Shown here: positions 28,412 through 38,327 of the stretch, in pieces | How the letters are laid out: the number at the start of each line of letters is the position of its first letter | How positions within the stretch are numbered: the first letter of the stretch is position 1 | Assembly (NCBI GenBank): GCA_963675295.2 | Contig: CAXXKJ010000002.1 | Location: forward strand, 3,712,001-3,776,000 | Direction of reading: 5' to 3' | DNA length: 64,000 nucleotides | Source: a bacterium | Lineage (GTDB): Bacteria; Electryoneota; Electryoneia; Electryoneales; Electryoneaceae | The notes under the pieces: model-generated | Seen by the model: only the letters and a program-made list of their open reading frames with translations | Told to the model about the DNA's origin: nothing | The model's database searches: none | Program-made: the position numbers and the translations under genes

Positions 28412-28816
28412 CTACCGGAACAGCGCTTTCAACGAACCCCACGTCTGCTGTACGGTGCTGATTGACAGCACGATGCTCTTGGTATCGCTGTGGACGTACT
28501 GTTCGTCCATCTGCGCCCGGATACGGTAGTGGAAGGTGCGCGTGGTCTGCTTGAACACGTCGGTGTCAATGAAGCGATATTCTTCACCCGCGCCTTGCGG
28601 GGTGAATGTGGCGATGTCGAAGTATTCGACGCCGTCCATGCTTCGTTCGATCACCAGCGAGGTGCAGCCGGCCTCATCGGCCATCGTCCACTCAATGATC
28701 ACCTGGCCATGCGGCGCGCTGAGGTTAAAATCTTCCCAGCTGGGCTCGGCGTAAGCCACGGCGACCGCGAGCAACGCGGCAACCACCAGTGTCAATATCC
28801 ACTTCGCACTCTTCAT
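28412..28816 (-). CDS. Small secreted Ig/FN3-like protein ending in a TWGxLKALFR motif
   Basis: Signal peptide; V.IEW....E.....IERS.DG......Y.F.D....YRI pattern; C-terminus STVQQTWGSLKALFR. Confidence 0.75.
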   Translation of the reverse strand: MKSAKWILTLVVAALLAVAVAYAEPSWEDFNLSAPHGQVIIEWTMADEAGCTSLVIERSMDGVEYFDIATFTPQGAGEEYRFIDTDVFKQTTRTFHYRIRAQMDEQYVHSDTKSIVLSISTVQQTWGSLKALFR

Positions 28817-29052
28817 GTCAATAACCTAACACCTCTCGCGCGGGGGATCAAGTGCTAAGACTCAAATTCTGGCTCGATCTCGAATAGTGCCGAATACTGC
28901 GATCTTGATCAATGCACGGTGGCAAACGTACAGCTGTTCCATTGCTCATGCAACTGCTGTGATGATAACTCGGGTTACATTCGCGCGCTCGGCAACAAAA
29001 CGGAGGCTAACTCCTGGCTCACACCGGCGAGGCAAAAGGTGTTGCTCTCAGC

Positions 29053-29081
29053 TTGTCCGGGGGTGGAATAGGTGTTACATT
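29053..29081 (+). promoter_or_regulatory. Candidate sigma70-type promoter for the TPR gene
   Basis: TTGTCC-N17-TACATT with an extended -10 TG. Confidence 0.35.
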
Positions 29082-29130
29082 GCGCGACTTGAAATGGACT
29101 CAACTTTAAGCAGAAGAAGTCAGGGCTACG

Positions 29131-29835
29131 ATGGCCAGGGAACAAAAACGTCTCAAGAAGCAAGAGCTGCGCGAAGATCCTCTGATGACGGCGATTACCA
29201 ACGCCCAGATCTGGCTCGCGGAGCACGGTAAAAAGTTGGCGATTGGTGTGGTTGTGGTCGCCGTGGTGGTGGTTGCGGTGGTGATGCTGCGCAACATGCG
29301 TACGGAAGCCGACCTCGAGTCGCGCCGGGCGTTCGCAGAAGCACAGCTCCAGCTCGCGCAGACCAACCCGGACGACATGATTCCGCCACTGCTGCGTGTC
29401 GCAGACGAATACAGCGGAACCTCCGGCGGCGCGGAAGCGTTGTACACCGCAGCGGAGATGGCGCTGAACGATCTCGACAATGAGCGCGCGGCAGAACTGT
29501 TTCAGCGTTTCCTTGACGAATACGGTAGCGAATACCTGTTACCGGAAGGTGCGTTGGGTGGTCTCGCGACGGCGTACATGAACATGGGCCAGTATCAGGA
29601 AGCCGCGGATACATACGTGAAACTGGCGAACGACAAGCGGGCCAGCCACTACCGTTATTTCGCCTTGCTGAATGCGGCGGAAGCCTATGTCAAGCTTGAG
29701 CAGTACGACAAGGCGCGTGAGGTTCTGAACATGGTCGTCGAGGAAAAATCGGCAACAGTGAGTGATTTCCGCACCCGTGCTCAGGAAGAATTGGCTCGGA
29801 TTGATGTTCTGGCGGACAGCGTCGGTCTCCCTTGA
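29131..29835 (+). CDS. Membrane-anchored TPR protein (YfgM-like)
   Basis: KQELREDP N-terminus, a single TM helix, then TPR-like helices. Confidence 0.8.
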   Translation: MAREQKRLKKQELREDPLMTAITNAQIWLAEHGKKLAIGVVVVAVVVVAVVMLRNMRTEADLESRRAFAEAQLQLAQTNPDDMIPPLLRVADEYSGTSGGAEALYTAAEMALNDLDNERAAELFQRFLDEYGSEYLLPEGALGGLATAYMNMGQYQEAADTYVKLANDKRASHYRYFALLNAAEAYVKLEQYDKAREVLNMVVEEKSATVSDFRTRAQEELARIDVLADSVGLP

Positions 29836-29862
29836 GTTTCGGGGAAACTGGAACTATATTTG
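29832..29862 (+). promoter_or_regulatory. Candidate promoter of the rimP-nusA-infB operon
   Basis: TTGAGT-N17-TATATT; the -10 region also reads TATATTTG (TAnnTTTG). Confidence 0.5.
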
Positions 29863-29876
29863 TGTGCTTAACGGAT

Positions 29877-29900
29877 GAGTGGGCCTGCGCCCACTCTTTT
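29877..29900 (+). promoter_or_regulatory. rimP leader hairpin/attenuator
   Basis: GAGTGGGC-ctgc-GCCCACTC-TTTT immediately upstream of the rimP RBS; this hairpin type is recurrent upstream of rimP. Confidence 0.65.
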
Positions 29901-29919
29901 GTTTGCTGGAGGAGTTGGG

Positions 29920-30402
29920 GTGCTGACGGTTGAGAAGATCGAGACCCTCCTTCGACCGGTGCTTGAAGGCGGGGATTTGGAGCTTCTCGACCTGAAAGTG
30001 CTTGGCGCAAGGGGGCGTACAGCGTTTTACGCTGTCATAGACCATCGTTTCCGTCCGGTCAGCATCCAAGAGTTGACAACCATCTCTCGCCAGTTCGAGG
30101 ACATCCTTGACATGAGCGAGGAAGTCCCCCGCGAGTATTCGCTGGACGTGACCTCCCCGGGTATCGACCACCCGTTGCGGCATGAATGGGAGTACTCCAA
30201 GAATGTGGGACGCAAGCTGAAGATGGAGATTCAGCGCGATCCGGCGGACATTGCTGATGGCAAGGGACCGCTGGGGGACAAACAGACAGAGACGTTTTCA
30301 GCGGAGTTGACGGAGGTGCGTAACGGCACGTTGCAGTTTGCCGATGGACGTACCGTACCGTTGGACCAGGTCCGGTTGGCGAAGGTCAAGCTCCCATGGT
30401 GA
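29920..30402 (+). CDS. rimP: Ribosome maturation factor RimP
   Basis: YSLDVTSPGIDHPL motif; position before nusA; GGAGGAG RBS then GTG 29920. Confidence 0.9.
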   Translation: MLTVEKIETLLRPVLEGGDLELLDLKVLGARGRTAFYAVIDHRFRPVSIQELTTISRQFEDILDMSEEVPREYSLDVTSPGIDHPLRHEWEYSKNVGRKLKMEIQRDPADIADGKGPLGDKQTETFSAELTEVRNGTLQFADGRTVPLDQVRLAKVKLPW

Positions 30403-30415
30403 AGGAAGAGTTGGT

Positions 30416-31933
30416 ATGAATCAGGCAGTTGTGGATGCCATCTCGTCGATCATTCGCGAGAAGAACATCGACCGTGACACCTTTCAGGAGATCATTGAAT
30501 CGGTCTTTCTGAAAGCGATTGAGAAGCGGTTTGGCACCAGCGATAACTTTTCCGTGATCTTCAACCTTGAAAAAGGTGACATCGAGATCTACGCGGAGAA
30601 GACGGTCGTTCCGGACGGAGAGCTTGAGGACGAAGCGACCGAGATCGAGTTGTCGCGGGCGTTGGAGACGGACGAGGACATTGAAGTCGAGGACGATTTT
30701 GTTGAGGTCATCGACTACAATTCCTTTGGCCGCCGGCTCATTCTGTCCACCAAGCAGAATCTGATCCAGAAGATCAAGGAAATTGAAAAGCAGAACCTGT
30801 TTGAAGAATTCAGCAAGCGTATCGGCGAGATCGTAATCGGTGATGTCCACCAGGCGAACCGGCGTGAGATCCGGATCAACGTGGACAAGACGGAAGTGGT
30901 CATGCCGCAATCGGAGCAGATTTACAATGAGCGCTGGCGTCGTGGCCAGTCGATCAAAGGCATCATTCTGGAGGTCCGCGAAACAAATCGTGAACCTCAG
31001 ATTATTATCTCTCGGAAGAGCGAGCTGTTTGTGCGGCGGCTGTTTGAGCTCGAAGTTCCAGAGATTTTCGACAACATTGTCGAGATCAAGAAGATCGCGC
31101 GCGAGGCGGGTGATCGTACCAAGATCGCGGTGACCAGCAATGACCCGCGCGTTGACCCGGTCGGTGCCTGTGTCGGCATGAAGGGTGTCCGCATCCAGGC
31201 GATCGTGCGGGAGCTGAACAACGAGAAGATCGACATCATCCCGTACACGAATGATCGTGAACTGATGGTGCGCCGCAGCCTGGCCCCGGTGATTCCGTTG
31301 GAGATTCTTTTCCACGAGACCGAGCCACAGGTGACGGTTGTTGTTCCGGATGACCAGATGTCGATGGCAATCGGCCGTCGCGGGCAGAACATCCGGCTGG
31401 CGAGTGAGATTACCGGCTTCCAGATCGATCCGGTCAAGGAATCCGAGTACTATATCGAAGAGCTTCCGCTCGGTGAGGTGGAAGAGCTGAGTCCGGAAAC
31501 GTTGAGCCTGCTTTCCGCCGCCGGATTGAACAGCGCGGAAGAGGTCATTGAGGCTGGCATGGACGGCCTGCTCGACCTCGAAGGGGTCGATCCGGAAATG
31601 GCTGCGGAAATCCTCGAAGTCCTCGAGTCCTATTACGAGGATGATGATGACGACGAGGACGGCGTCTTCTTTGAATCCGATGACGACGATGAGGATGAGG
31701 ACGACGACGCCCCGGAAGTCATCGAAGTCGAACCGATTGAAGTCCCGGTGAAAGCCGCCAAGCCCGAGGATGGGGAAACCGGCGACGCTGAAACCGATGA
31801 TACCGAAGAAGATAAAGCGGAAGCCGGCGATGACGAACCGGCAGCCGAAGCAGCGGAACAACCGGACGATGAGCCGGAAACCGCTGATACTGATGTTGAA
31901 GACGATGTTGAGGACGAAGAGAAAACGAAGTAA
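30416..31933 (+). CDS. nusA: Transcription termination/antitermination factor NusA with long acidic tail
   Basis: FGRR...KQ, S1 domain, LFELEVPEI, AREAGDRTKIAV, DPVGACVGMKGVRIQ, AIGRRGQNIRLAS. Confidence 0.97.
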   Translation: MNQAVVDAISSIIREKNIDRDTFQEIIESVFLKAIEKRFGTSDNFSVIFNLEKGDIEIYAEKTVVPDGELEDEATEIELSRALETDEDIEVEDDFVEVIDYNSFGRRLILSTKQNLIQKIKEIEKQNLFEEFSKRIGEIVIGDVHQANRREIRINVDKTEVVMPQSEQIYNERWRRGQSIKGIILEVRETNREPQIIISRKSELFVRRLFELEVPEIFDNIVEIKKIAREAGDRTKIAVTSNDPRVDPVGACVGMKGVRIQAIVRELNNEKIDIIPYTNDRELMVRRSLAPVIPLEILFHETEPQVTVVVPDDQMSMAIGRRGQNIRLASEITGFQIDPVKESEYYIEELPLGEVEELSPETLSLLSAAGLNSAEEVIEAGMDGLLDLEGVDPEMAAEILEVLESYYEDDDDDEDGVFFESDDDDEDEDDDAPEVIEVEPIEVPVKAAKPEDGETGDAETDDTEEDKAEAGDDEPAAEAAEQPDDEPETADTDVEDDVEDEEKTK

Positions 31934-32085
31934 CTCGACGTCGTGTTGTACATCCGGCGGGCGGACGTGGCAGGGTGCCCGTCCATGCGACACCGCAGGT
32001 GAAGTAGCACCGGCGAACTGCTGAGCGGAAACACCGAAGGTTGGGTTGTCTCGATTCGGGGTTCGTCAAGAGATGGAGTAAGAGT

Positions 32086-34845
32086 TTGGCAGCAAACGTA
32101 AAAAAGCGCAAACTGTTTCAGGTCGCCAAGGAGTTGAAGCTCGCCACAGGCACGCTGATTGAGGTGCTTGAGGAAAACGGGATCGAGGTGACGAAGAAGC
32201 AGATGACGCCTGTCGATGAGGACATGTACAGGCTTCTTCTGCAACGCTTCGCTCCGGAACGTTGGGCTGAGCTGAAAGACGAGGCGGCACGTGAGGAAGC
32301 TCTCCGGAGTTCCGAAGCGGCCCAGCAGGCGCGTGAAGAAGAACTGCGGAAGATCCTCGAAACGGATGCTCCCAAGCCCGCCAAACCCGCTCCATCGGTT
32401 CGGAAGCACGATCCAACAGCCGTTCCCAAGGAACAGCCGGTTGCGGAGGCGCCTGAAGAGGCCGAACAGTCCGAACCCGAAGCGGATGCTGTCGCGCAGG
32501 ACGTTGAGGCCGAAGCTCCGGCGGCTGAGGAGCCGAAGGCCCCGGCGAAGCCGAAGCGCCGCACCACGTCTGTACGTGGCGAAGCCCGCGATCTTCCCGT
32601 TGAGGAAAAAGCGGCGGAGCCGGCTTCTGACAAAGCCCCGGTAATGCCGAAACGCCGAACCACGTCCGTACGTGGCGGTGTCAGCAACGAAGATATTCTC
32701 CCGTTGTCCACGGCCTCGGTGACTCCGCAGGTCGATGACGTCAAGCTCCGTCCTGCTCCAGCGCGCGACAAGCCGCCGAAAATGGAGGAGGATGAGGACG
32801 AGCAGAAGGCACGCCGCAAGCGTCGCCGCAAGCCGCCGAAAGATGCCGGCAGCACTACCGAAACCCGCAAGCCGGGTGGTGGTGCGGTAGGCACGGGGGA
32901 CGCGCCGACACGGAAACGCCGTCGCCGCAAGGACAAGAAGAAGAAGCCGGATGCGACGGAAGTCGCGGCGCAAGTCAAGCAGACGCTTGCCGCGATGGAA
33001 ACTGGCACCGCGAAGAAGAAGCGCAAGCGTAAGGTTCGGCCCGAAATCGGCGTTGTCGATGAGGATCAGAACCTGCTCAAGATCACCGAGTTCATCTCGA
33101 CGACCGATCTCGCGAACCTGATGGATGTTCAGGTCACCGACCTCATCAAGGAATGCTTGATGCTCGGTTTGCGTGTCACCATCAATCAGCGTCTCGAGAA
33201 AGACACGATCCAGTTGCTCGCGGAAGAGCATGACTACCGTGTCGAGTTTGTCGATGACCTCGAGCATCAGGAAATGATCGCCGAGTCCGAGGAAGTTGAA
33301 GAGGAAACGGGCGAGCAGGAACCGCGTCCGCCGGTGGTTACGGTGATGGGTCACGTTGACCACGGCAAGACGACGCTGCTCGACTACATCCGTCACACGA
33401 AGGTGGCGGAAGGCGAGGCCGGTGGTATCACGCAGCACATCGGTGCGTACGAGATTGAGCACAACGATCAACGGATCACGTTCCTTGACACTCCGGGTCA
33501 CGAGGCCTTTACGGCGATGCGTGCCCGCGGTGCACAGGTGACGGATATTGTCGTTCTCGTCGTCGCGGCCGACGACCAGGTCATGCCGCAGACGATTGAA
33601 GCGATCGACCACGCCAAGGCGGCGGAAGTGCCGATGGTGGTGGCGATCAACAAGATGGACAAGCCCGGCGCGAATTCGGAGAAGGTTCGCCAGCAGTTGG
33701 CCGATCACGGTGTGCTGGTCGAATCCTGGGGTGGTGAGGTGCAGGCTTCGGAAGTGTCCGCGAAGAAGGGCACGAACATTGAAGACCTGCTCGACAACAT
33801 CCTGATCGCGGCGGAAATGCTGGAGCTGCAGGCGGTGCGTGACACCACCGCGCGCGGCTACGTGATTGAATCCCGGATGGAGAAGGGTCGCGGTACCGTG
33901 TGTACCGTATTGATCCAGCGGGGTACGCTGAAGGTTGGACAGGTGTTTGTCGCCGGTCCGTACTTCGGCCGTGTGCGTGCGATGTACGACGAGCTTGGCC
34001 GCAAGCGCGACGAAGTGCTTCCTGGCCAGCCGGTGCAGATCACCGGTTTCGAGCATGCGCCGCACGTCGGTGACCAGCTGATCGTGTTCAAGGATGAACG
34101 CGAGGCGCGTGAAATCGCAACCAAGCGCCAGCAGCAATTGCGCGAGCAGGAAATGCGCATGCGTGAGGGCAGCGGTCGCAGCAGCCTGCTGCAGTTCGTC
34201 GAAGGCCAGGAAAAGGCGGAGCTCAACCTCATCATCAAGGGCGACGTGGACGGGTCGGTGGAAGCCATCGCCGACAGCCTGATGCGTCTCTCCACCGAAG
34301 AGGTCGAAGTCAAGATCCGTCACCGTGGTGTCGGTCCGATGACCGAATCCGACATCCTGCTGGCCAGCGCGTCCAACGCGATGATCATCGGCTTCAACGT
34401 CCACCCCACCGCCAAGGCGCGTGAGATGGCGACGATACATGAAGTCCCGACGGAAACGTACCGCATCATCTACGAGCTGATCGAAGATGTGAAGAACATC
34501 ATCATCGGCATGCACAAGGTGGAAGTAGCGGAAGAAGTGACGGGTTATGTCGAAGTGCGTGACCTGTTCAAGATTTCGCGGATCGGTACGATTGCCGGTT
34601 GTTACGTCACCGAAGGCAAGATTGAACGCACGAACCGTGTCCGCCTGCTGCGTGACGAAACCGAAGTGTATGACGGAACCATTGAAACGCTGAAGCGGTT
34701 CAAGGACGATGCCAAGGAAGTCGCGCAGGGCTTCGAATGCGGCATCAAGATTGCCAACTACAACGATGTCAAGGTTGGCGACGTGATGCAGTTCTACAAG
34801 ATGGTCGAAGTGGAACGCGAGATCGAAGTCGGTACGGGTGACTGA
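32086..34845 (+). CDS. infB: Translation initiation factor IF-2
   Basis: [48 protein letters not shown]; TTG start after GGAG. Confidence 0.98.
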   Translation: MAANVKKRKLFQVAKELKLATGTLIEVLEENGIEVTKKQMTPVDEDMYRLLLQRFAPERWAELKDEAAREEALRSSEAAQQAREEELRKILETDAPKPAKPAPSVRKHDPTAVPKEQPVAEAPEEAEQSEPEADAVAQDVEAEAPAAEEPKAPAKPKRRTTSVRGEARDLPVEEKAAEPASDKAPVMPKRRTTSVRGGVSNEDILPLSTASVTPQVDDVKLRPAPARDKPPKMEEDEDEQKARRKRRRKPPKDAGSTTETRKPGGGAVGTGDAPTRKRRRRKDKKKKPDATEVAAQVKQTLAAMETGTAKKKRKRKVRPEIGVVDEDQNLLKITEFISTTDLANLMDVQVTDLIKECLMLGLRVTINQRLEKDTIQLLAEEHDYRVEFVDDLEHQEMIAESEEVEEETGEQEPRPPVVTVMGHVDHGKTTLLDYIRHTKVAEGEAGGITQHIGAYEIEHNDQRITFLDTPGHEAFTAMRARGAQVTDIVVLVVAADDQVMPQTIEAIDHAKAAEVPMVVAINKMDKPGANSEKVRQQLADHGVLVESWGGEVQASEVSAKKGTNIEDLLDNILIAAEMLELQAVRDTTARGYVIESRMEKGRGTVCTVLIQRGTLKVGQVFVAGPYFGRVRAMYDELGRKRDEVLPGQPVQITGFEHAPHVGDQLIVFKDEREAREIATKRQQQLREQEMRMREGSGRSSLLQFVEGQEKAELNLIIKGDVDGSVEAIADSLMRLSTEEVEVKIRHRGVGPMTESDILLASASNAMIIGFNVHPTAKAREMATIHEVPTETYRIIYELIEDVKNIIIGMHKVEVAEEVTGYVEVRDLFKISRIGTIAGCYVTEGKIERTNRVRLLRDETEVYDGTIETLKRFKDDAKEVAQGFECGIKIANYNDVKVGDVMQFYKMVEVEREIEVGTGD

Positions 34846-34850
34846 TAGAC

Positions 34851-34949
34851 GGGCTGCGGACTGCGGGCTACGGACTGCGGTCGCAACGTGAGTCTGGTTG
34901 TCTGTGGTGGTTTTACTGACCACTGATCACTGACAACTGAAAACTGTCT
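34851..34949. repeat. Two short heptamer tandem arrays between infB and the DUF503 gene
   Basis: (gctgcgg/actgcgg/gctacgg/actgcgg) and (actgacc actgatc actgaca actgaaa actgtct). Confidence 0.75.
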
Positions 34950-34950
34950 T

Positions 34951-35235
34951 ATGGCTTCAATCGGTCTGTTGGAAGTTGAATTCCTGTTGCCGGTGGCGCA
35001 GTCGTTGAAGGACAAGCGGCGCGTGCTGCGATCCTTGAAGGATCAGGTAACAGGCAAGATGAACGTATCGGTGGCCGAAGTCGGCTACCAGGACAAGCCG
35101 GGGCGTTGCCACCTCGCCGTGATTACGGTTGCGGCGGAACGGTCGGTGGCGGAGAAGCGGTTGCGGGACGTAGAGGATCGTATTGACGCTCATCCGGAAA
35201 CGACGGTAATTGACCGTCAGGTGCAGTGGTTATGA
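34951..35235 (+). CDS. DUF503 (YlxP-like) protein
   Basis: SLKDKRRVLRSLKD...NVSVAEV; canonical position between infB and rbfA. Confidence 0.88.
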   Translation: MASIGLLEVEFLLPVAQSLKDKRRVLRSLKDQVTGKMNVSVAEVGYQDKPGRCHLAVITVAAERSVAEKRLRDVEDRIDAHPETTVIDRQVQWL

Positions 35236-35621
35236 AATTTCCGAAGAGCAAACGTGCCCGCAGAGTCGGTGTCGAAATTCAGAAGATTGCCGCCGACAGT
35301 TTGCGTGACCTGATGCAGATGTTGTTTCCCGGTGTGATCGTATCGGTGCCGGAAGTCCGGGTCAGCGATGACTTGGGAACGGCTGAGATCTATGTTTCAG
35401 TGCACGGCACGGACGATCCACACCCGGTGCATCGTGAGATTTTGAAGTACCAGAAGCAGGTGCGGAGTAAGGCAGCTTCCGCCCTGCATATTCGAAAGCT
35501 GCCTGAGTTTCGCTTTGTCTGGGACGACACCATGGAGCGTGCTGACCGGATCGAGCAGTTGTTGAACCAACTGAACGACCCTTCACCTCCTCATCCCGAG
35601 GATCCTAGTGCCGCTGAGTGA
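35232..35621 (+). CDS. rbfA: Ribosome-binding factor A
   Basis: RARRV..EI, VSVPEVRVSDDL..A.IYVS, IRKLPEFRF.WD......RIE.LL. Confidence 0.92.
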   Translation: MKFPKSKRARRVGVEIQKIAADSLRDLMQMLFPGVIVSVPEVRVSDDLGTAEIYVSVHGTDDPHPVHREILKYQKQVRSKAASALHIRKLPEFRFVWDDTMERADRIEQLLNQLNDPSPPHPEDPSAAE

Positions 35622-36591
35622 CGTAGTACAGGCGTTGAACACGCATCAGCGGTTCCTCGTGACGACTCATCAGAATCCGGACGGCGACGCGGTGGGCTCT
35701 CTGTTGGCCATGGCTCACCTGTTGCGTGCCGAGCTGGAGAAGTATGTCGTCGCCGTGCTCCCCGACCCGTTGACCAAACGATACCAGTTCCTGCCCGGCC
35801 TGGACACGCTTGTAGCTCCGGCCGAAGCGGCGGACATGGGACCGTATGACGCGATCATCACCGTGGACGTGAGTACGCCCACCCGTATTGGGAAGGTGTA
35901 CGAGCTGATCACGGAGTCGATGACGCGGATCAATGTCGACCATCACGTGACGAATCCCCGCTCGGACGATGTCGTCTGGGTCGAACCGGAAGCGTCCGCG
36001 ACCTGCGAAATGATGGTTGACCTGTACGAAGAGATGAACGTCAAGCCTACACCTGACGTTGCGACGGCGATGTACACCGGAATCATTACCGACACTGGCC
36101 AGTTCGCGTTCAACGGCACCACCGCGAAGGCGATCTGTGCCGCGTCCAAGCTGGTAGAATCGGGCGCGGAGTTCGAACGTGTCGCCCGCGAAGTGTACCA
36201 CAAGACCGACGTTGCGATGGTGCGCACGCTGGGTAACGTGCTGAACCGGATGGAGTTGCACGACGAGGACCGCATTGCGGTGACGTGGATGGAACGCGAA
36301 GAACTGCCTGTCGATCACGAAGGCTTTGTCAATCACCTGCTGGACATTGAGACCGTCGAAGTCGCGGCCTTGCTGCGTCCGTTGGACACCGGGCAGTGGA
36401 AGATTTCCCTGCGTAGCGCCGGTCTGGTTGACGTCACCTTCATCGCGAAGCAGATGGACGGTGGCGGCCATCCGATGGCTGCCGGTGGAACCCTGCCGGC
36501 GACCGATGCCGGCCTGGCAAAACAACGCGTGGTCGATCTGTGTCTGGCTGCGTTGCAGAATGCACGTGAGGCGGGTGCTGCACGTGCCTGA
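35608..36591 (+). CDS. DHH-family phosphoesterase (NrnA-like)
   Basis: THQNPDGDAVGS, VD, NVDHH, GIITDTG, SLRS, GGGHPMAAG. Confidence 0.92.
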   Translation: MPLSDVVQALNTHQRFLVTTHQNPDGDAVGSLLAMAHLLRAELEKYVVAVLPDPLTKRYQFLPGLDTLVAPAEAADMGPYDAIITVDVSTPTRIGKVYELITESMTRINVDHHVTNPRSDDVVWVEPEASATCEMMVDLYEEMNVKPTPDVATAMYTGIITDTGQFAFNGTTAKAICAASKLVESGAEFERVAREVYHKTDVAMVRTLGNVLNRMELHDEDRIAVTWMEREELPVDHEGFVNHLLDIETVEVAALLRPLDTGQWKISLRSAGLVDVTFIAKQMDGGGHPMAAGGTLPATDAGLAKQRVVDLCLAALQNAREAGAARA

Positions 36592-37327
36592 AGCCAGTGA
36601 TCAGCGGAGTGGGATCCTGCCAGTCCCGGACGGGGCCTGGATCCTGATTGACAAACCTACGGGCATGACGTCGTTCGACGTTGTCGCGCGAGTACGCCGT
36701 GTTACCGGAATCAGGAAAACCGGACACGCCGGCACGCTCGACCCGATGGCGACCGGCCTGCTGGTCGTCGGTGTCGGCAAGGCGACCAAGCTGCTCGGCG
36801 AAGGCTTGACCGGTGGCAAGACGTACGAAGCCGTCGCCACGCTCGGGCTGGCATCTCCGACGCATGACCGTGATTCGGACAAGGTGCTGACCGTCAAGAC
36901 GATCGAGTTTTCGCGCGATCAGGTCGAGACGGCACTACAGCAGTTGGCGGCGCGGACCAAGCAGACTCCGCCGCTAATGTCAGCGCTGAAGGTCAAGGGG
37001 CAGAAGTTGCACAAGGTTGCCCGTCGTGGCTGGTGGTTACCGCGTGACCCTCGGCCGGTGGATCTTGAAACATTGACCGTGCTGGACTATGACGCACAAA
37101 CTGCGTCGGTCCGGTTTACCGTATCGGGTGGCGGTGGAACGTATGTCCGCTCGCTCGTGCGGGATCTGGGGATTGAGCTTGGCGTGCCGGCCGCATTGAC
37201 CGAGTTACGGCGTGTGGCCGCCGGTCCCTACAACATTGAGCAGTGCATTCCGCTGGAGAGCCTGGAGCAGCGGTGGGGGGAGTTTACACAGAGTCGTGGG
37301 TTTCCGTCGGACGAATCTACAGGATGA
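36584..37327 (+). CDS. truB: tRNA pseudouridine(55) synthase
   Basis: DKPTGMTSFDVV, GHAGTLDPMATG, K.Y, GTYVRSL.RDLG, LRR; the start is approximate. Confidence 0.93.
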   Translation: MPEASDQRSGILPVPDGAWILIDKPTGMTSFDVVARVRRVTGIRKTGHAGTLDPMATGLLVVGVGKATKLLGEGLTGGKTYEAVATLGLASPTHDRDSDKVLTVKTIEFSRDQVETALQQLAARTKQTPPLMSALKVKGQKLHKVARRGWWLPRDPRPVDLETLTVLDYDAQTASVRFTVSGGGGTYVRSLVRDLGIELGVPAALTELRRVAAGPYNIEQCIPLESLEQRWGEFTQSRGFPSDESTG

Positions 37328-38274
37328 CCGCCGCAGAGATGGATGTCTACCGCTACGGGGAAGAACGGATTCCGCATGTCGCTGAAGCGACCGTGACGAT
37401 CGGAACATTTGATGGTGTCCACCTCGGTCACCACCACCTGCTGCAGGAAGTGCTGAACGGGCCGCATCCGACCGTGGTCACGTTCGATCCGCACCCGCGG
37501 CACGTGCTGTCGACCGGACCGAACCGGCTGCAGATTCTGACTCCAACTGAGGAGAAGCTGCGCAAGCTGGCAAAACTGGGCATCGAACGGGCGATCATCA
37601 TCCCGTTCAACAAGGAAATCGCGGGCCTGAGCGCGGAAGCGTTCCTGCGCGAAATCCTGGTGAATACGGTCGGCATGAAACGGCTGGTGGTCGGCTTCAA
37701 TCATTCGTTCGGCCGCAACCGTGAAGGCAATATCGAGTTCATGAAGTCGCGGGCGGATGATTACGGCTACGAACTCCGTGTCATCAGCGCGCATGAAGCG
37801 GATGCACTGGCGGTCTCAAGCACCAGGATCCGCATGTCGTTGGAAACTGGCAAATTGAACGACGCCAACCGTTTCCTCGGCGAATACTACCGTACTCACG
37901 CCCGTGTGATCGAGGGCGAGGGACGTGGGCGTGACCTCGGCTACCCGACGGCGAACCTGGTCTTTATCGACGAAGACCAGTTGCAGCCCGGCGAGGGAGT
38001 CTATGCGGTTCGTTTGGGCACCGATGACGGGGAGTGGTATGACGGCGTCGCCTCCATCGGACGAAAGGAAACGTTTGGCGACCACTACGGCATCACCGTT
38101 GAGGTGCATGTCTTTGATCATCAATTAGACTTGTATGGCCAGGAAATCTGGGTTGAATGGATCGAGTATCTGCGTGGACAGGAAGCGTTCGATTCGGCGG
38201 AAGCGTTGATCAAGCAGATGGATGAGGATTCAATGCGAGCGCGGGAAATTCTTGTAAAAGACAGTAAAAGATAG
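37324..38274 (+). CDS. ribF: Bifunctional riboflavin kinase/FAD synthetase
   Basis: IGTFDGVHLGH, TFDPHP, VSSTRIR, GRDLGYPTAN, GVYAV, EVH. Confidence 0.96.
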   Translation: MTAAEMDVYRYGEERIPHVAEATVTIGTFDGVHLGHHHLLQEVLNGPHPTVVTFDPHPRHVLSTGPNRLQILTPTEEKLRKLAKLGIERAIIIPFNKEIAGLSAEAFLREILVNTVGMKRLVVGFNHSFGRNREGNIEFMKSRADDYGYELRVISAHEADALAVSSTRIRMSLETGKLNDANRFLGEYYRTHARVIEGEGRGRDLGYPTANLVFIDEDQLQPGEGVYAVRLGTDDGEWYDGVASIGRKETFGDHYGITVEVHVFDHQLDLYGQEIWVEWIEYLRGQEAFDSAEALIKQMDEDSMRAREILVKDSKR

Positions 38275-38303
38275 GCAAAGAGAGTAAAAGACAGGAAAAG
38301 ATA
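38254..38303 (+). repeat. Left 10-bp tandem array (5 units) of the four-helix-bundle element
   Basis: gtaaaagaca gtaaaagata ggcaaagaga gtaaaagaca ggaaaagata; overlaps the ribF stop codon. Confidence 0.85.
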
Positions 38304-38327
38304 AAACAAAAAACATTAGAGTAGATT

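Noticed and set aside
28974-29086. GTTACATT(C)GCGCG direct repeat as an operator pair
   Set aside because: It is short and imperfect, and the second copy is adequately explained as a -10 element.
31633-34923. 1096-aa minus-strand ORF, and similar long antisense ORFs (30386-31993, 39149-41047, 5281-6750, 62185-63519)
   Set aside because: These are shadow frames opposite well-supported genes in GC-rich, codon-biased DNA, with no recognisable motifs.
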